Shown here in pieces: positions 15,782 to 30,209 of a stretch of DNA of 64,000 bases. A program made the position numbers and the translations under genes. Within the stretch, counting starts at the first letter, position 1. Each line of letters opens with the position of its first letter. The stretch lies in the NCBI RefSeq assembly GCF_009914755.1, contig NC_060945.1, one strand, 5' to 3'. This DNA comes from the human T2T-CHM13v2.0 reference genome, Homo sapiens. Below the pieces are notes generated by a model. The model did not search any database and was not told where the DNA came from. It worked only from the letters and a program-made list of their open reading frames with translations.

Positions 15782-18700
15782 CACTTCTGTAACAGAGTAG
15801 TTTGAATGCTTAATTAAAATGGCAGTTGAATATTATGTTAACTTTGGTTTTATGATTAAACCTTTTCAAAGTTTTTGTTACTTTCAGATACTCATAAGTA
15901 AGGCATATAACCTCTCTAGACCTCACTTTCCACATTTGATAAAGGAACGATTTGAATTAAATGAAATTGAAAATCTCTTAGCTCTAAGTATAACAAATTA
16001 TGTGTTAAATTGTATAATTCATCTCTTAGATATCATGAAGAATGTGTTGTTTATAATATGAAAAAGTATGAAGATAAAAATCAAATATGACTTTGGGTAG
16101 CAAGAAGAGATTTTGGGGGAAGTTGCTAATGTGTACAGTTTTTTCCCCTAAGAGCGGCGAGAGAATGGCAGCTGATCAGACTGGTGGTGGAATCTGTCTC
16201 TATTGCCCAGCTTGGCACTATGAAGTTTGACCTGTGTCGATCACTCAAAACTAGCTGATGACATCTGAAAGGGAGTTTTACCCCGGCTCCCTGAAGTTTC
16301 ACATTACAGCTCTACATTTGTGTTAACACAATGAATGCTTCAAAAAAAAAAAGTTATAGAAATCAAAGCTTACATAGGCAAATCTTTGTTAGTGACTTAG
16401 TTAAAAACATTTCATGAATAATAGTTGCTCAAGCTATTTTAACCCTTTTCCCTTTCCCAGAAGAGAAACAAGAAAATCCCACACATTTTGCTCAGTCATG
16501 GTATGTTTGTAAGCTCTCTTGTCAGAAAGTGTCACTGATTCTTTAAATTTCTTTTAGTTAGCTGCTTTTGTCCAGTAGCTCACTTATTTTGTGGTTTGAA
16601 GATGACTGTACTTCTGACACTTTTCTCACATACTCCTGCTTTAATTTTTCGAAAAACTCAATGGCAAGAAACTGAAAACATATACAGAAGTGGAGAGAAT
16701 ACTAGAATGAGCTCTCACGTCCCTAGCCTCTTGGCTTCAGCAGTACTCAGTGTTTTGCCCATCAGATTTTCTAATGCTTTTAGTGTAAGTAATGCCACAT
16801 TTAAAAATACTCCTTTTAGAAAAGAGACTTAGTATTTAAAAGGAAATAAACCAGAGTCATTCCCAAGATTTATCTGATTAAACTGTAGAGTTTATAATTA
16901 TATAAATTTTTTTTAGCACATAGAACAGTCATTCTCTATAGCAAAAGTACTAGCTTTTGTGCCCTTTGCATTGGATTGAGTTATAGAGCTAAACCACAGC
17001 AAACTCATTTGTTCCACTCTTAGGTTGCAAGTATCACTTAACTGTGCTTACTTATCTCATCTTCAATATTTACAAATTTTAACTCACATTTGTTTCAGTA
17101 AAGCAACCCAAAGTAGATGTTTTAGGAGATGAGTTGGTTTGATGGTTATGATTTTCTTTTACTCCTGTATTGACAGTCAGCTGTAGTTGAGACTATTAGC
17201 CTTCTGGAGGGTGAGGTGAACAGGGCTTTTTCCACTTCAGGGGCTAGAGGCTGACATGCATGCAGTTACCTGCAGTTCAGGGCAGAGTGGGGTTAGGGTG
17301 GTAATGGTGGCATAAATACTGTTGTGCCAGGGTCATGTCTATAGGTGTGTGGTGGGAAGCTCTGGGGGAGACAGCACTGGCATTGGGTTTGGACGTGGCA
17401 TTTACGGGCAGAGGTGGATAAAGAAGACCCATGGAGTAGCCTTAGCAAAAGAGTGGTATTTGGGTAGTAGGACTTTGTTCATGTGGCTGGAGTGTAGATG
17501 TGTACTAGGAGATAGAGTGAAAAGGTGGAGGTAATAGTAATTTAAAATATAACAGTAAAAAGAAGCAGCTGTGTATTGATCACTTACTGTGCACTGTTTT
17601 AAATGGTTTACAGGTGCCACATCTTTGATAATACAGCAATTCTGTGGGTGCAATAAGTGATGGAGCCAGGAGTTCACCTGGGGCAGGCTGGCTCCGGAGC
17701 ATCACTGGTGCCTTAGGGCCTCAAATACCAGATTCAGCAACGCTAAGCACTTTTTTGGGTCTTATTTTTGGATGGTGATAGTTAGCAGGATATTAACTGA
17801 TTTTTAAAAACAAATATATTTGTCCATTGTCATGAACTTTTTAACTCTGTTGGAGTTTAAAAAATTGGAAGTACTTAGTGGTTACTCATTGTGGCCCCTA
17901 GTTACAGTTCATGAAAGGGATTTTTTAATGTTAAGATGGAAGCTGAATTTCTTGGACCATTTTTTTCCTCATAAAAGATGTATATATTTATAAAAATTGC
18001 GATACATTGAGAAGTATAATAAATTAGTAATTACTCAGAATTTTATTGGCCAAAGATATTCATTATGAATAATCTTAAATGCTTTCTTCGAGTGTTTTCT
18101 ATGTATTTATTCTACTCTTCTAAAACTGTGCTTTGGGAAGGGCTTTGAGTCCTTTCTAATATAATGGTATAACTTCCCCCCTCATGCAGTGAAGCTTTCA
18201 GAAGAATTCAAGTGATCACACAACATCATATCTGTGTTACCTTTTGTGTTGAACATTTATTATTTATAACATTTAATTTTTAATGATAAACTTTTGTATA
18301 TACATTTTGTATATTCTGTTATGAAACGGATTTCTAAAATTAGAGATTGAACATGAAGCAGAATGGCCTACAAAAGGAACATGAATCTGTGCTACAGATA
18401 TAAAAACTATTTTGAAGGCTATAGGAACAACCACATTTGCCAGGACTCATGCTTAAATAGACTGTGTACGGCTGTGGAGATCATAAATTGAGAAAGCATG
18501 ATATTTGAGCAAGAAAAATTTACTGAGGTTTGTTAAGATTTGAGAAGAGAGATGGAAAATCTTCCTGTTCAGTTGGAGAAGAAGCTGAGGAATAAGTCTT
18601 TGTGCATATGAAGAGTGTTTTGTAGGCTGTGTATAGGTATTTTCTGTTTCTTCAGAATGTAGCAAAAAACAGTGTGAACTTAAGTTGGTATAGAGGAATT

Positions 18701-18865
18701 TAGGAGATAATTTATGACTAGGGATTGGAAGCTATTGAAATAGTTTATCATGACAATTCTTTGAAATGGATGAGTTTTCATTATATTTAGGATTTTATTC
18801 TCCTTAAGGAGAGGAGGGGTTAAGATGGTGTCTTACAGGTATTTCTAGAACTTTATTCCCAAGAT

Positions 18866-19034
<169 letters not shown>

Positions 19035-19101
19035 GATGTTAATTCCAGTTTTCTCACCTATTGCACGTCTCCTGGACTTACACAGAAAATAGAAGACAGT
19101 T

Positions 19102-19723
<622 letters not shown>

Positions 19724-20289
19724 TTATACTACATGAAGGTTTGTAGTTTTGACTGAAAGGACAAACCAAAACAAGAAAACCCCACCTATAATGCAGGTAG
19801 AGTAATAGCATGCTCATGTATAATTGATTTGGCAAGTCTGTGAATGAAGTCCCAGAAATTGTATATTCAGTTTAGTGAGGCCAATGGAATTTGAAGTACA
19901 GGTGTAGAAATGTTGACATTAACAAATGTCATATGTATTAGGATTGTGACAGTGTGACTACTGACATGGTAGTGTGCCAGTCATTTTTATAGAATGTCTA
20001 TTGGTTGAGAAAATTCCAGGGTAACAATTTTAAGGTTTAAGTTTTAATTTCATCACAAAATACACATTCATTTTAGAAAATTTAGAGAATACAGATAAGA
20101 ATGACAATTCCCTGCAGTTTCTCTCTTCTGAGATAACTATTATTTGCATTTTGTATGTAATCCACCAGTTTTTTTCCTGCACATAACTACTATTCTCTTT
20201 TTGAAAAACAAATACAATCATGTTATCTGCATATTGCTTTACAACCCACTTTTTCTACATGAAGCAATATTTTCATTGTATTCCGCTGT

Positions 20290-21420
20290 GCCAATCTGTT
20301 TATTGAACATGTACTGCGATACAGAAATACGAGATCTAGTGGTACTTTTCACCAAGTAGTAGATAATACCACTGGAGTGAGTATATAACATAAATAATTA
20401 ACAGAATATAGCAGGAGATAAATGCAAGTTAAGAGGAGAGGCTGGAGTGACTTTAAAGTGGATGAAGGCAAATTGAGGTGATCTTGAAAATGGATAGGCA
20501 AGAAGGGGCAAATTTCAGGTAGAAGAAATAAACACTAATGCAGAAGGGGCTTAAATGCACTTTATGGAATGTCACATTGAACTGTGAGTTCAGAGGAATA
20601 AGATAAGATCATACGTTTCTAAATTATAGAGGGGTTAAATCCAGGTTGAAAGTTCTGTGTCTCAGAAAAGTATGTGTAGCAGCTTTATGCAAAATAAATT
20701 AGGGCAGCGGATACAGCTTTTTAAGCACAGTAGTTCCCAAACTTCGCTGGGTCCAGGATTCATCTGTAACATCTTGTTAAAACAAAACACATATTCTTAG
20801 GTCCTTGTCCAGGCTTCCTGAATCAGGATTTTTGGGAGTAGAGTCTGATGTAGTTTAGGGAACCTGCCCTAGAGTTTATGACATAACCATCAGGCCTAGG
20901 AGATAGTTAATTCTAGGAAGCATTTGTAATACTTAAGGTGAATTAAGGACTTGGTTCAGGTGACTAAAGTGAGCATGGAGAGGAATGGAAAGGCATGAGG
21001 CACTTCGAAAATGGATAGGATTTAGTAAGACCATTTAGATAAAGTCAGCAGCTTCTAATGAAATTACTGAAAGAATGGTGGTGCGGGAATAGAGATGGGA
21101 AGTTCAAGTGGATAACATGTGGTGCAGGAATGTGATGAGGAGTTGTAGGCATAGAGAATGGAGGCAGGGATGTGGCACTGTAGGCAGCCACCCAACAGCT
21201 TGTTAGACTAGATATTGAGTGAAAAGTTTGAGTGGAGAAGAGAGTTTGAAGTATTAGTTTGGAGTAAACCATTGAAAATACTTCTTTTGCAGGGAAAGAT
21301 GTATAGAGAAATGAGTGAAGCGGTCAGGGGATAGAACCAGAGGTCACATCTGAGGTTAGGGCTAAATGTGAAAGAGACATGGATTATTTGGAGGATAGCT
21401 AGTGTTGTGAAATACAAGAA
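20290..21420. mobile_element. L2 fragments with an inserted MER5A-like element (about 20728-20868)
   Basis: tttattgaacatgtact L2 3'-end motif, purine-rich degenerate body; cagtagttcccaaactt...tttagggaacc. Confidence 0.5.
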
Positions 21421-23803
21421 CATACATTTTAAGAATTTTTAAGGGGGTAGCATTTCTCTGTAAACTCCACAGAAGTGTGGGAGGGGAAGTAAGTAAAACT
21501 GAACTCACTTTACTGCTTTTAGTAATAGACTCATTGGAAGAAAATGTAAGCTATTCATGCAGTGTGTGTTTTTGATTATTTCTGGGCCTTGTTATTTTTC
21601 TGTGTTTCTGAGATGCAAGGATTATTTAAAGGCAATGGTTTATAAAATGATATATAATTACATACGTATAAAAGTACATATAACCAACTAAGTATATGTA
21701 TGCATGCACTCATGCAAATCAATTATATATTTACATTTTATATATAAATTATATATGTGTGTATATATTGTATTATAGAACATCCTGTGTGGAAAAGTTG
21801 GTGCTGTCAGAAGGGAGAGAGAGCAAGGCAGTTTTCCAGTGCATTTCTTATAAGCTAGTTATGAGAAGGGCTTGCAGGTTACTGATTGAACATATTCTTT
21901 CTAAATGTCTTCTGTCTGATAGATACTCCTTTGTTAGGGAATATATACATAAATGAGATTACCCTAGATGTTCAGGTTAGTGAGGGAAACGTTACAATAG
22001 ATAGCACTAAGCGCTGGATCTCAGCTTTGATTCCCAGAGCACCTAGAGCGTCATTGGGCCACCTCTTCTAAGTTCCTCTTAAGATCTAGAATTGATTTGA
22101 ATAATAGAAATTTTGAGTACATTTTGTGTAGGTGACATAAAAGAACATCCTTAAGCAAGCATATCAGTTAAAGGACTTGTCTTCATGGCTCTTGGTGTTT
22201 TCTTCATACCACTTTGCTCTTAGTTCCTGTTAGCAGAGGGGAAGAAGCAGGCTCTAAGATTTAAAATTCATGCTAGTGAAAATTAGAAACAAGCCACATA
22301 CCCTCAATAGGTGTTTGCTTAAAATGCATTTACGTCTTTGCAGTGGAGTACTGTGCACCTGGTAAAATGATGATGCAAATATAAATTGTTGATATAAAGA
22401 TATATATGTATATATACATATATTTAAGGAGCAGAGATTCCAACACCAAATTTTGGGTGGTGGAATTTTATTAGGTTGGTGCAAAGGTAATACAGTTTTT
22501 GCCCTTGGGAGATTGGGCTGATGGTGACACCCGTTACCCAAGACTGAGAATACAGAAAGGAGAAGTGGATTTTTTCTCTGTTTTTCCTCCCTTTTTGAGT
22601 AGGGGAAATGGTAGATTCAGTTTAATATGGCCAAAAGCAGTGGCTTAGTAGTCAGTTTGCTTGGATTTGAATATCTCTCTACCATTAGTCGTGTGTGATT
22701 TGGGATGGTTTCACTTCACCTCTCTGTGCCTTAGTTTTCTCACCTGGACAATGGGAATGATAGTGGTACTTACTTTTTGTAATTATGGGGTTTAGTGGTT
22801 TAAAGTAGAAAATTTATACCAGGGCCCATTAAAGATAAGTCATCTCATGCAGTGAAACATAACTGGGACTTTCGAGCTCAGTTCACTGAGGTCTTCTGGG
22901 CCTGGAACAAGCCCGCCTTATAAAAGTTGGCTTTACATACTACATACTAAAGGAGTTCTTAATGTAGACTTTTAACCAACTGTCTTAGAAATGAGCCTTT
23001 GGAACCTAGGTCTGCATGTGATAGGGGTGCTTTCTAGTGTCTACTTGATAGACCAGTCACTTTCTAGTAGTGGGAGTTAGGTTCCCGAAAAGCTCTGTGG
23101 TTTGAGAATTCATTTTTGAGAATATCTATTCACAAGAGAATAGATAAACAGTTGATAGACTTGAAGGTCATACAAACCTGTGCAAATCATTGTAAATGTT
23201 TTCACATTCTAAAGGAAGACAGAGGACAGCAAGCAAAATAGAATATCAGTGGTAGTTTACATATTTTGAGTTAGTAACAGAGTACCTGTACTACTACTTT
23301 ACAATTACTGATGATAACTTACCCCCAGAAACTTCTGTTTCTCCCCTTCAGTTTTAGAAATGATGTGTCAGTGCATTATGTATTGTTGCAGGTAATGTGC
23401 ATATGAGGCATTTCCCTCCTGTTTTCCTCTATTTGTTGGTACGTCCAAATACTCAGTGCCTGATTTTGTCTTTCAGGCCCAGATGTGCTCTCAGAGATAC
23501 TGAGTTGATGGTTGAGATAGCCAAAATTTGGGGCAAAACTCATTTAATCTGCTCAGCTTTTAGTTCTTAAACCTTCTCCCTAGTTCTTTTCACATAATTG
23601 CATGAGAAAACACATGCTTCTAGCCTCTTTAACACAAATTTCAGCTATTCCACTTCCAAAATGCCATTGGAGTAGTATAATCCAGCACCCATGTTTATAA
23701 TCCCACATGTTCTTTGACCTTGACCAAGGTTTTAATGCAAAATTGACTCATCTGCTATTGGTTTTTACCTTCCTTTCAGTTTGTCTCCTTTAATATATAT
23801 ATG

Positions 23804-24101
23804 TTTTTTTTCTTTTTGAGACAGGATCTCACCCTGTTGCCCAGGCTGGAGTGCAGTGGCATGATCAGGGCTCACTGCAGCCTTGACTTCCTGGAATCAG
23901 GTGATCCTCCCACGTTAGCCTCCTTATTAGCTGGGACTACAGGCTGCACCACCACACCCAACCAAGTTTTTTATTTTTTGGGGTAGAGATGGGGTTTTGC
24001 CATGTTGCCCAGGCTGGTCTCCAACTCCTGGTCTCAAGCGATCTACCTCCCTCTGCCTCCCAAAGTTCTGGGATTACAGGCATGAGCTGCTGTGCCTGGC
24101 C
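23804..24101 (-). mobile_element. AluJ
   Basis: Antisense dimer, ctcactgcagccttgac J-type residues. Confidence 0.92.
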
Positions 24102-24289
24102 TAAAATGTTTTTGGTAAAGGGAAAATATAGCAATCTGTTATATGCTGGAATCAAAATTTTTCTACTAGATGAACTTTTGGGGAAATTTAGTATTCTGTT
24201 CTAAATTAAATGCCTTTTTCAAGTAATTACTGCTAATGAGCTCTTGTTTTTTCATGTTTAGGGTGGTTGATGCAGAGTAGTGCATATAG

Positions 24290-24585
24290 GGGCTAAAATC
24301 AGACTTAGACACTTGGGGGTTCTTGCATCTCTGTATTTTCTCACAACTATTTCAGTGATTCTTAATGAGTGGCATCTTGGCATAGTGAACTTTAATGTGG
24401 GACCATAGTTCACAAACTGTGACCTTAGGCCAGTTAATCCTTCTGACCCTTGCTTTCCCTGTTGATGAAATGGAAGTAACACTACCTACTCGTAGGGCTG
24501 TCAGGAGGTCAAATGTGTCAACGTCTATAAAATGCCTTAGCCAAGTGGTTGGCACATAGATAGTAAGTGTTCCACAAATGTTCAT
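24290..24585 (+). mobile_element. MIR
   Basis: tgtgaccttaggccagttaatccttctga...tgaaatggaagtaacactacctac...aatgccttagc. Confidence 0.65.
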
Positions 24586-25522
24586 TTCCCTGTAGTTTTA
24601 CTAACCATTTTGGTGCAATATTATATTCTTTATAAAGTCTTGTGTTTTGGCCTTTTTTTTTTTTTTTTTTTTAAAGACTGTGACTGTTTTCTAGGGTTTT
24701 GAGGGGAGTGATAAATGTTCTGGGTTTTTAGGATTTCACTTGAAATCCTCCTATATAACTGCTTTTTCTCTGTAATGCTGCTTGATCATCTTATTGGAAA
24801 TAAGAGATTTTTTTTCTTGTGTGTTAGGCATCAAAACTGTGATACTTCTATTTTCCCTTTGACTCCTTTGGCTATTATAATTCTAGAAAATTATTTCTAA
24901 AATTGCTATATGGAAAAAGTACTTTCTTCTGTCACTTCTTTAATTCGTTAGTGTAAATGAGCCAAAGTTTATAAGAGAATGTTAGTTAACTGTATAAATT
25001 TTAGATAATGACATAAGTTTAATTTATGTAATCTAATTTTAGATCTAGTTTTTCTTGATTTCTGTTTTGTAGCTTTTCTGTTGTTGCTTATTTTTAATGG
25101 GCATCTTCTGAGTTATCTTTTTAGATCCCAGTGTGCACTGTATTTTATCTTTTCATATGGGCTAAATTTTGTAAATTGTGAAATATGCGAGCATTTATAT
25201 AACATATAAAATGAAGTAATAAAAAACAACTTGGTATTTTCTTCCAGCTTAAGAAATGAGGTAGTACTTAACTAGTACTTTTGAAGCTCCTTGTATCATA
25301 CTGATTTTTTTTCATCTGCTACTTGTAATACTTCATACTACTTTAGTTATTTTGAAATTAGATATAATTTTTAGTTTGGTGTCATTACAAAACACTGTCA
25401 CATTAGAGAACATATTGCACCTGCCATTTAGTTTATTAGCTCCTGGGTTAGTCTGAACTTGCCTGTCATGCTGATGCATTCATTTCAGTCCCAGTCTTAC
25501 ATTCTGGATCTCTGTTTATTAG

Positions 25523-25823
<301 letters not shown>

Positions 25824-25867
25824 TTGTATTTTTTATTTTTCTTTTCTTTTTCTTTTTCTTTTTCTTT

Positions 25868-25903
<36 letters not shown>

Positions 25904-28641
25904 CTTGGTGTATCAGTGCTTTTTATTAGGTGACTTGATTTCTCCCCAACCCCTGCCTGTGGAATACAGACACCAAGAGACTAAGCTCAGTACCTATCTG
26001 AGCATACCGTGTGTTTAACAGCCTGTGGAAACTGTCCTGTCCCTGAAGATACGCTGTAGATTAATTTTATGCAGTGATTTTAAGACAACTAAAAAAAATG
26101 GTTTGTAAGTTTAACTTCAAAAAACCATGTAAGCTCGGTTCCTGGATTGTTCGTAGACCTTCACATTGCCTTTGGCAAACTGAGCTAGAACATACTGTAG
26201 AAGATTTGAGGGTCATGAGAGGTTCCTGTGGTAAAGAGAGATGTTTGTCATTAGCATTTGATTGTTACTCCATAGTTTGTGAATGGCTCCATTTGTGGGG
26301 CAGATGATGAAAAATATACTCTATATTTTTCTCAAAAAAATGAAAATATGACTGTCTAGATTTTTAAGCTTCTTTAAGAAGAAAATCGTATCTGTAGCTT
26401 ATCTGCAAAGCACATTTGGTGTGTGGAATTATCTGCTTATTGTCATATAAAAACTCTGACCTTGTATTAACATTTTTGTTTTTGAAAAGTGGCTAGCCTG
26501 AAGGAAGGATATATGGAATAATCACTAGAGTCCTTATTTAAAGTAATCCAAGGTGAAGATTTCTGGAGTTTATTGTTACTTAGCATATGATGGTTTGGTT
26601 GCTGTATAAGTCAGCAGAAAATTATGTAACTCAGAGATACTTTAGGTGGCCTTTCATATGAGTAATGATTAATGGATAATGTTTCAAAAAGGTGTCAGAA
26701 ATTTTGATGTGTCTTACCTTTAGATTTTTAAAATAGTAATGAAATCTAATTTCTAACAATTTTTAATAAAGAATACTGATAATTGATTCTACTGTCTTAC
26801 AAAGAACTTTTGTGTCAGTAATATCTACTTCTATCGAAACTGGCGAGGTGTAAGTAGCATTGTAACATTTTCTGGGTGAAGAATATGATGTTGAGAGCCT
26901 AAAGGATTTGATTATATAGTTCATAGCTAGAGATTGAATTTATGTTTTCTTTCCCCATAGTTCATGTCATAATTTTAAAGACTGACCATTTTAGGGGAAA
27001 AATTATTAGAAAATGATGTCCTTTGAGTAAAGATAATCTTGATTCAATTATTTTTACAAATAAAACTATTCTGATGCAGCACTCTAGTGTTCATCCATCT
27101 AGTCATACACCCCCCACAATATGATACCAGCTAGTTGTAGGTCTAGTGTTTAATGTAATACCGTAACAGGCATTTGAATTGGAATGGTAGTTCTTCAGGA
27201 ATGGAATCTGGAATATAGGCAAAGATTTCAGAGACAATTCCTAATTTAAAAATAACTCATATTGTCTCTGAGGTTCTTTTCCAGTGAAGTGTTTAGTATT
27301 GCTGCTATTTGGAGTACAAAGTTGGAGCTTTTAAAGAACCTGGGAGTTCAAAAGTATAAGGAGAAATAAATGAAAAGCAGAAATATTTTGAGGCAATAAG
27401 TATAGACTCAAATCTATATTATGACCCACTTGTAGCACCACTTGGAATTCTACCAATAAGAGATTTATTTGGGCAAACTATAATGGTTGTTGGAAATTGC
27501 AAATCTTAGTGTGAATTATTTTAGTCCAGTTGGTTTCTTTCTTTCTCTTACCTGAAATGAACTATACTGAGGCAATAGGAGCTTTGTATAGTAATTTAGG
27601 AGTGTAAAACAACTTAGGGAAAAGGATTATTAAGCAGGATGATTGGGATGACATCATGTGAAATTTAGGAATTGGAGGCATTGGGAATTGAGAGGGTGCT
27701 AACAAAGGAAAACAGCTTATTTTAGAATTTGTCTGGAGGATGTAGAATTGAAGAAGTTTTGGTATTTCTTCTGCAGCGGCCCCAGTGCCCTTGACCAGGA
27801 ACATCTCTTGGAGTCAGTAGTTTTCATGAGGCTGACCTAGGAACTTGGCCAACATATGCAACATTGTTCTATTTAAAATATTCCTTGAATTAAATTCGAT
27901 AGTATCAATTTAAAACATAAAGTTTTCACTCAACTCCTTTAGAAGTTAGATTTTAGCTTGTACTTGTCTTTACCTCTTCTGCTGATTATCAGTTGACAAC
28001 ACTGAGATTACTTTCATTTTCCTGTAAGTCATTATGAATTTTTCTGGTCAACCATGAGTTATCAGTGGAAGCAATAAGTAGGAAGTACTGTAAAAGAATT
28101 ACAATAAAATAAGAGAAACCACTTGGAGAGCAAGAGGGCTTGTGGACTTGGGGGAGCGGTTGTGAGAAATGTCTCAGAACTTAATTTACAAATAACATTG
28201 GTAGATTGACATGTTGTCTTTCCTATAAAGTAACTTTACCTCTGTCTTAATAGTAAACTACTATGAAAGTGAATTCGTGTTCCTCTTGATTTGTGAACTG
28301 ATGAAAATTACAAAATGTGGAGTTTTTTCCCCAGATAAAGTAAATGGTGGAATATTCAGGTTTATTTGATACCTAGAAAATACCTGAAATTTTCCGTGGT
28401 AATAGGCACATTTTGAAACTGTTTTTTTTTTCTCTGACAATTGAATATATTTTATATATAGTTGATTTTGATTATTGAAGACTAAGGAAAATTTAAGTTT
28501 GAATGTTAGAAAATGAATTTTGCAAATTTGAAGTAATTTTATTCTTTATGTTTTGGGATTGTAGTTATGTTAGATATTCCTCAGTTGGGGTAATTGTCTT
28601 GCATCATTATCTCTTATCATAATCTGTTTTTCTTCACACAG

Positions 28642-28727
28642 TGTTATAGTTTTGCCGCTGGACTCTTCCCTCCCTTCCCCCACCCCATCAGGATGATATG
28701 AGACTTGAAAGAAGACGATGCATACAG
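28642..28727 (+). other. DYRK1A: DYRK1A exon containing the start codon (76 nt 5'-UTR + 10 nt CDS)
   Basis: Acceptor tttttcttcacacAG (28640-28641), donor CAG|GTGACT (28728). The sequence GGATGATATGAGACTTGAAAGAAGACGATGCATACAG matches my recollection of the DYRK1A mRNA around its ATG (protein begins MHTGGETS). Confidence 0.93.
28718..28727 (+). CDS. DYRK1A: DYRK1A dual-specificity tyrosine-regulated kinase 1A, first 10 coding nt (Met-His-Thr + first base of Gly; phase-1 intron follows)
   Basis: acgATGCATACAG|gt, A at -3. Encodes MHT(G) as in the DYRK1A N-terminus. Too short for the ORF track. Confidence 0.92.
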
Positions 28728-30088
28728 GTGACTCAAGTTTTGAAATACAGTAAAACTCTGGCTAAGAGAATGTGGGAATCGATGGTCTATTTTGAATGGG
28801 GGAGGTTTCTGATAAATAGCAGTTAGTGGGGGGAATTGTAGATCAGTAAATGCAAAGGTAGTTGGGCTATTTGTTAAACTTACTTTTGAACTCAGATTGA
28901 TAATCAGTGATTTATAGTGGTGTTATTACAAATACAGCATAGTAAATGCTAGCACTTAGGCTTTTCAAGAGCTAATATTTTGGTGGGAATTGGAATAATT
29001 CTGTTAATGTAAATAACACAGTCACCTTTATGGTTGAATGCATGTCTCCCCCAGAACTCTATTAGAATATGGCAGATCTTTTATGGGAGTAGATGTTAGT
29101 AGGATATCATCAAAAAGACTGACAAGTTAAGGATATTATACCCATACATACGGTTTCTTAAAAAGATATGCTCTGGGATTTTGTTTATTTTTTCCTTGTT
29201 CCCAATATCCCTGCCTCCCATTTCCTTTCTTCCCACCCTCCCCCTCTTATCCTTTTGTCATTTGTATTTTTATACAGAAGAAGCAGTGTGAAGGCATTTT
29301 TGAAAGAATATTTTTTGATTGCTCTATAATTAATTGAGGTGATCTTTTACATGGGAAACTGGAGGCTATTCCACACATGGCTATGTTCAAATTTCTGAAA
29401 ATGTAGTGCAGCTAATGTATAAAGTGTTAATAACTTTTGAACTTAAATGTTCTTAAATTAGGCATATTATAAGGCATTTTGTTGAACTAAGTGACTTAAC
29501 ATTTGAAACTCTGTCAGAGAGCCTTATTTGATTATATTTATAAACTGTTTGAAAATGTGATTGCTAACTGGAAAAGAAATATTTATATAAATTTTGAATT
29601 GATACCTAACAGATGCCTAATTATATCATTGGTGTAGTTTTTGTGATTGGTTTTTATTTTTGGCGATCTGGGTTTTGTCTAGGGGAAAAATCATCATTTT
29701 ATGATTTTAAGATTTTAAAAAATTGTTTCGGTGTACTATTTTGTATGAAGAAATGTGCTTGAATATATTTATAAATTAAATTAGAGAGTATATAATACTT
29801 CACGTTCATGTAGAAGTCACCATTTTAAGACCGATGTTAATTCTTGTTTACGTCAAAGGTGATTGAGCAATCATCTCTGTTACGCATCTATCATGCATGC
29901 ACACAGGCTTGCACATGTATGTTTGCCTGTACATATTAGAAGTATGCCAGGTACACATTCTGGCTGAGTTGCTCGCTGATTGTTAAAAGCAACGTGATGC
30001 TGAAGCTGAATATCACCATCATAGAAAAACAAATAGGCATATTTACAGAAACATTTTTAGAATTTTATGCACATTTTTTTGTTGTCAG

Positions 30089-30209
30089 ATTTTATAAGTT
30101 TGACCTTTTGGTGCAGGAACTATTTCTCAGCATTGTCAGCTCCTGGATTGCTCCTTGGGCGCTATACTGCACATTGGCTATACCAAGTAGATGCTCACTT
30201 TCGACTGAG
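30089..30209 (+). other. DYRK1A: Candidate alternative cassette exon (acceptors at 30088 or 30116; donor GAG|GTCAGT)
   Basis: tttttttgttgtcAG and tttgaccttttggtgcAG acceptors, good donor at 30210, non-repetitive sequence. Confidence 0.6.

Noticed and set aside
16140-16350. Non-repeat stretch with CpGs ending in an A-run (exon or retrocopy?)
   Set aside because: Weak AAG acceptor, no good donor, no canonical poly(A) signal or TSD.
17287-17310. Telomere-like GGGTTAGGG
   Set aside because: Single unit, expected by chance.
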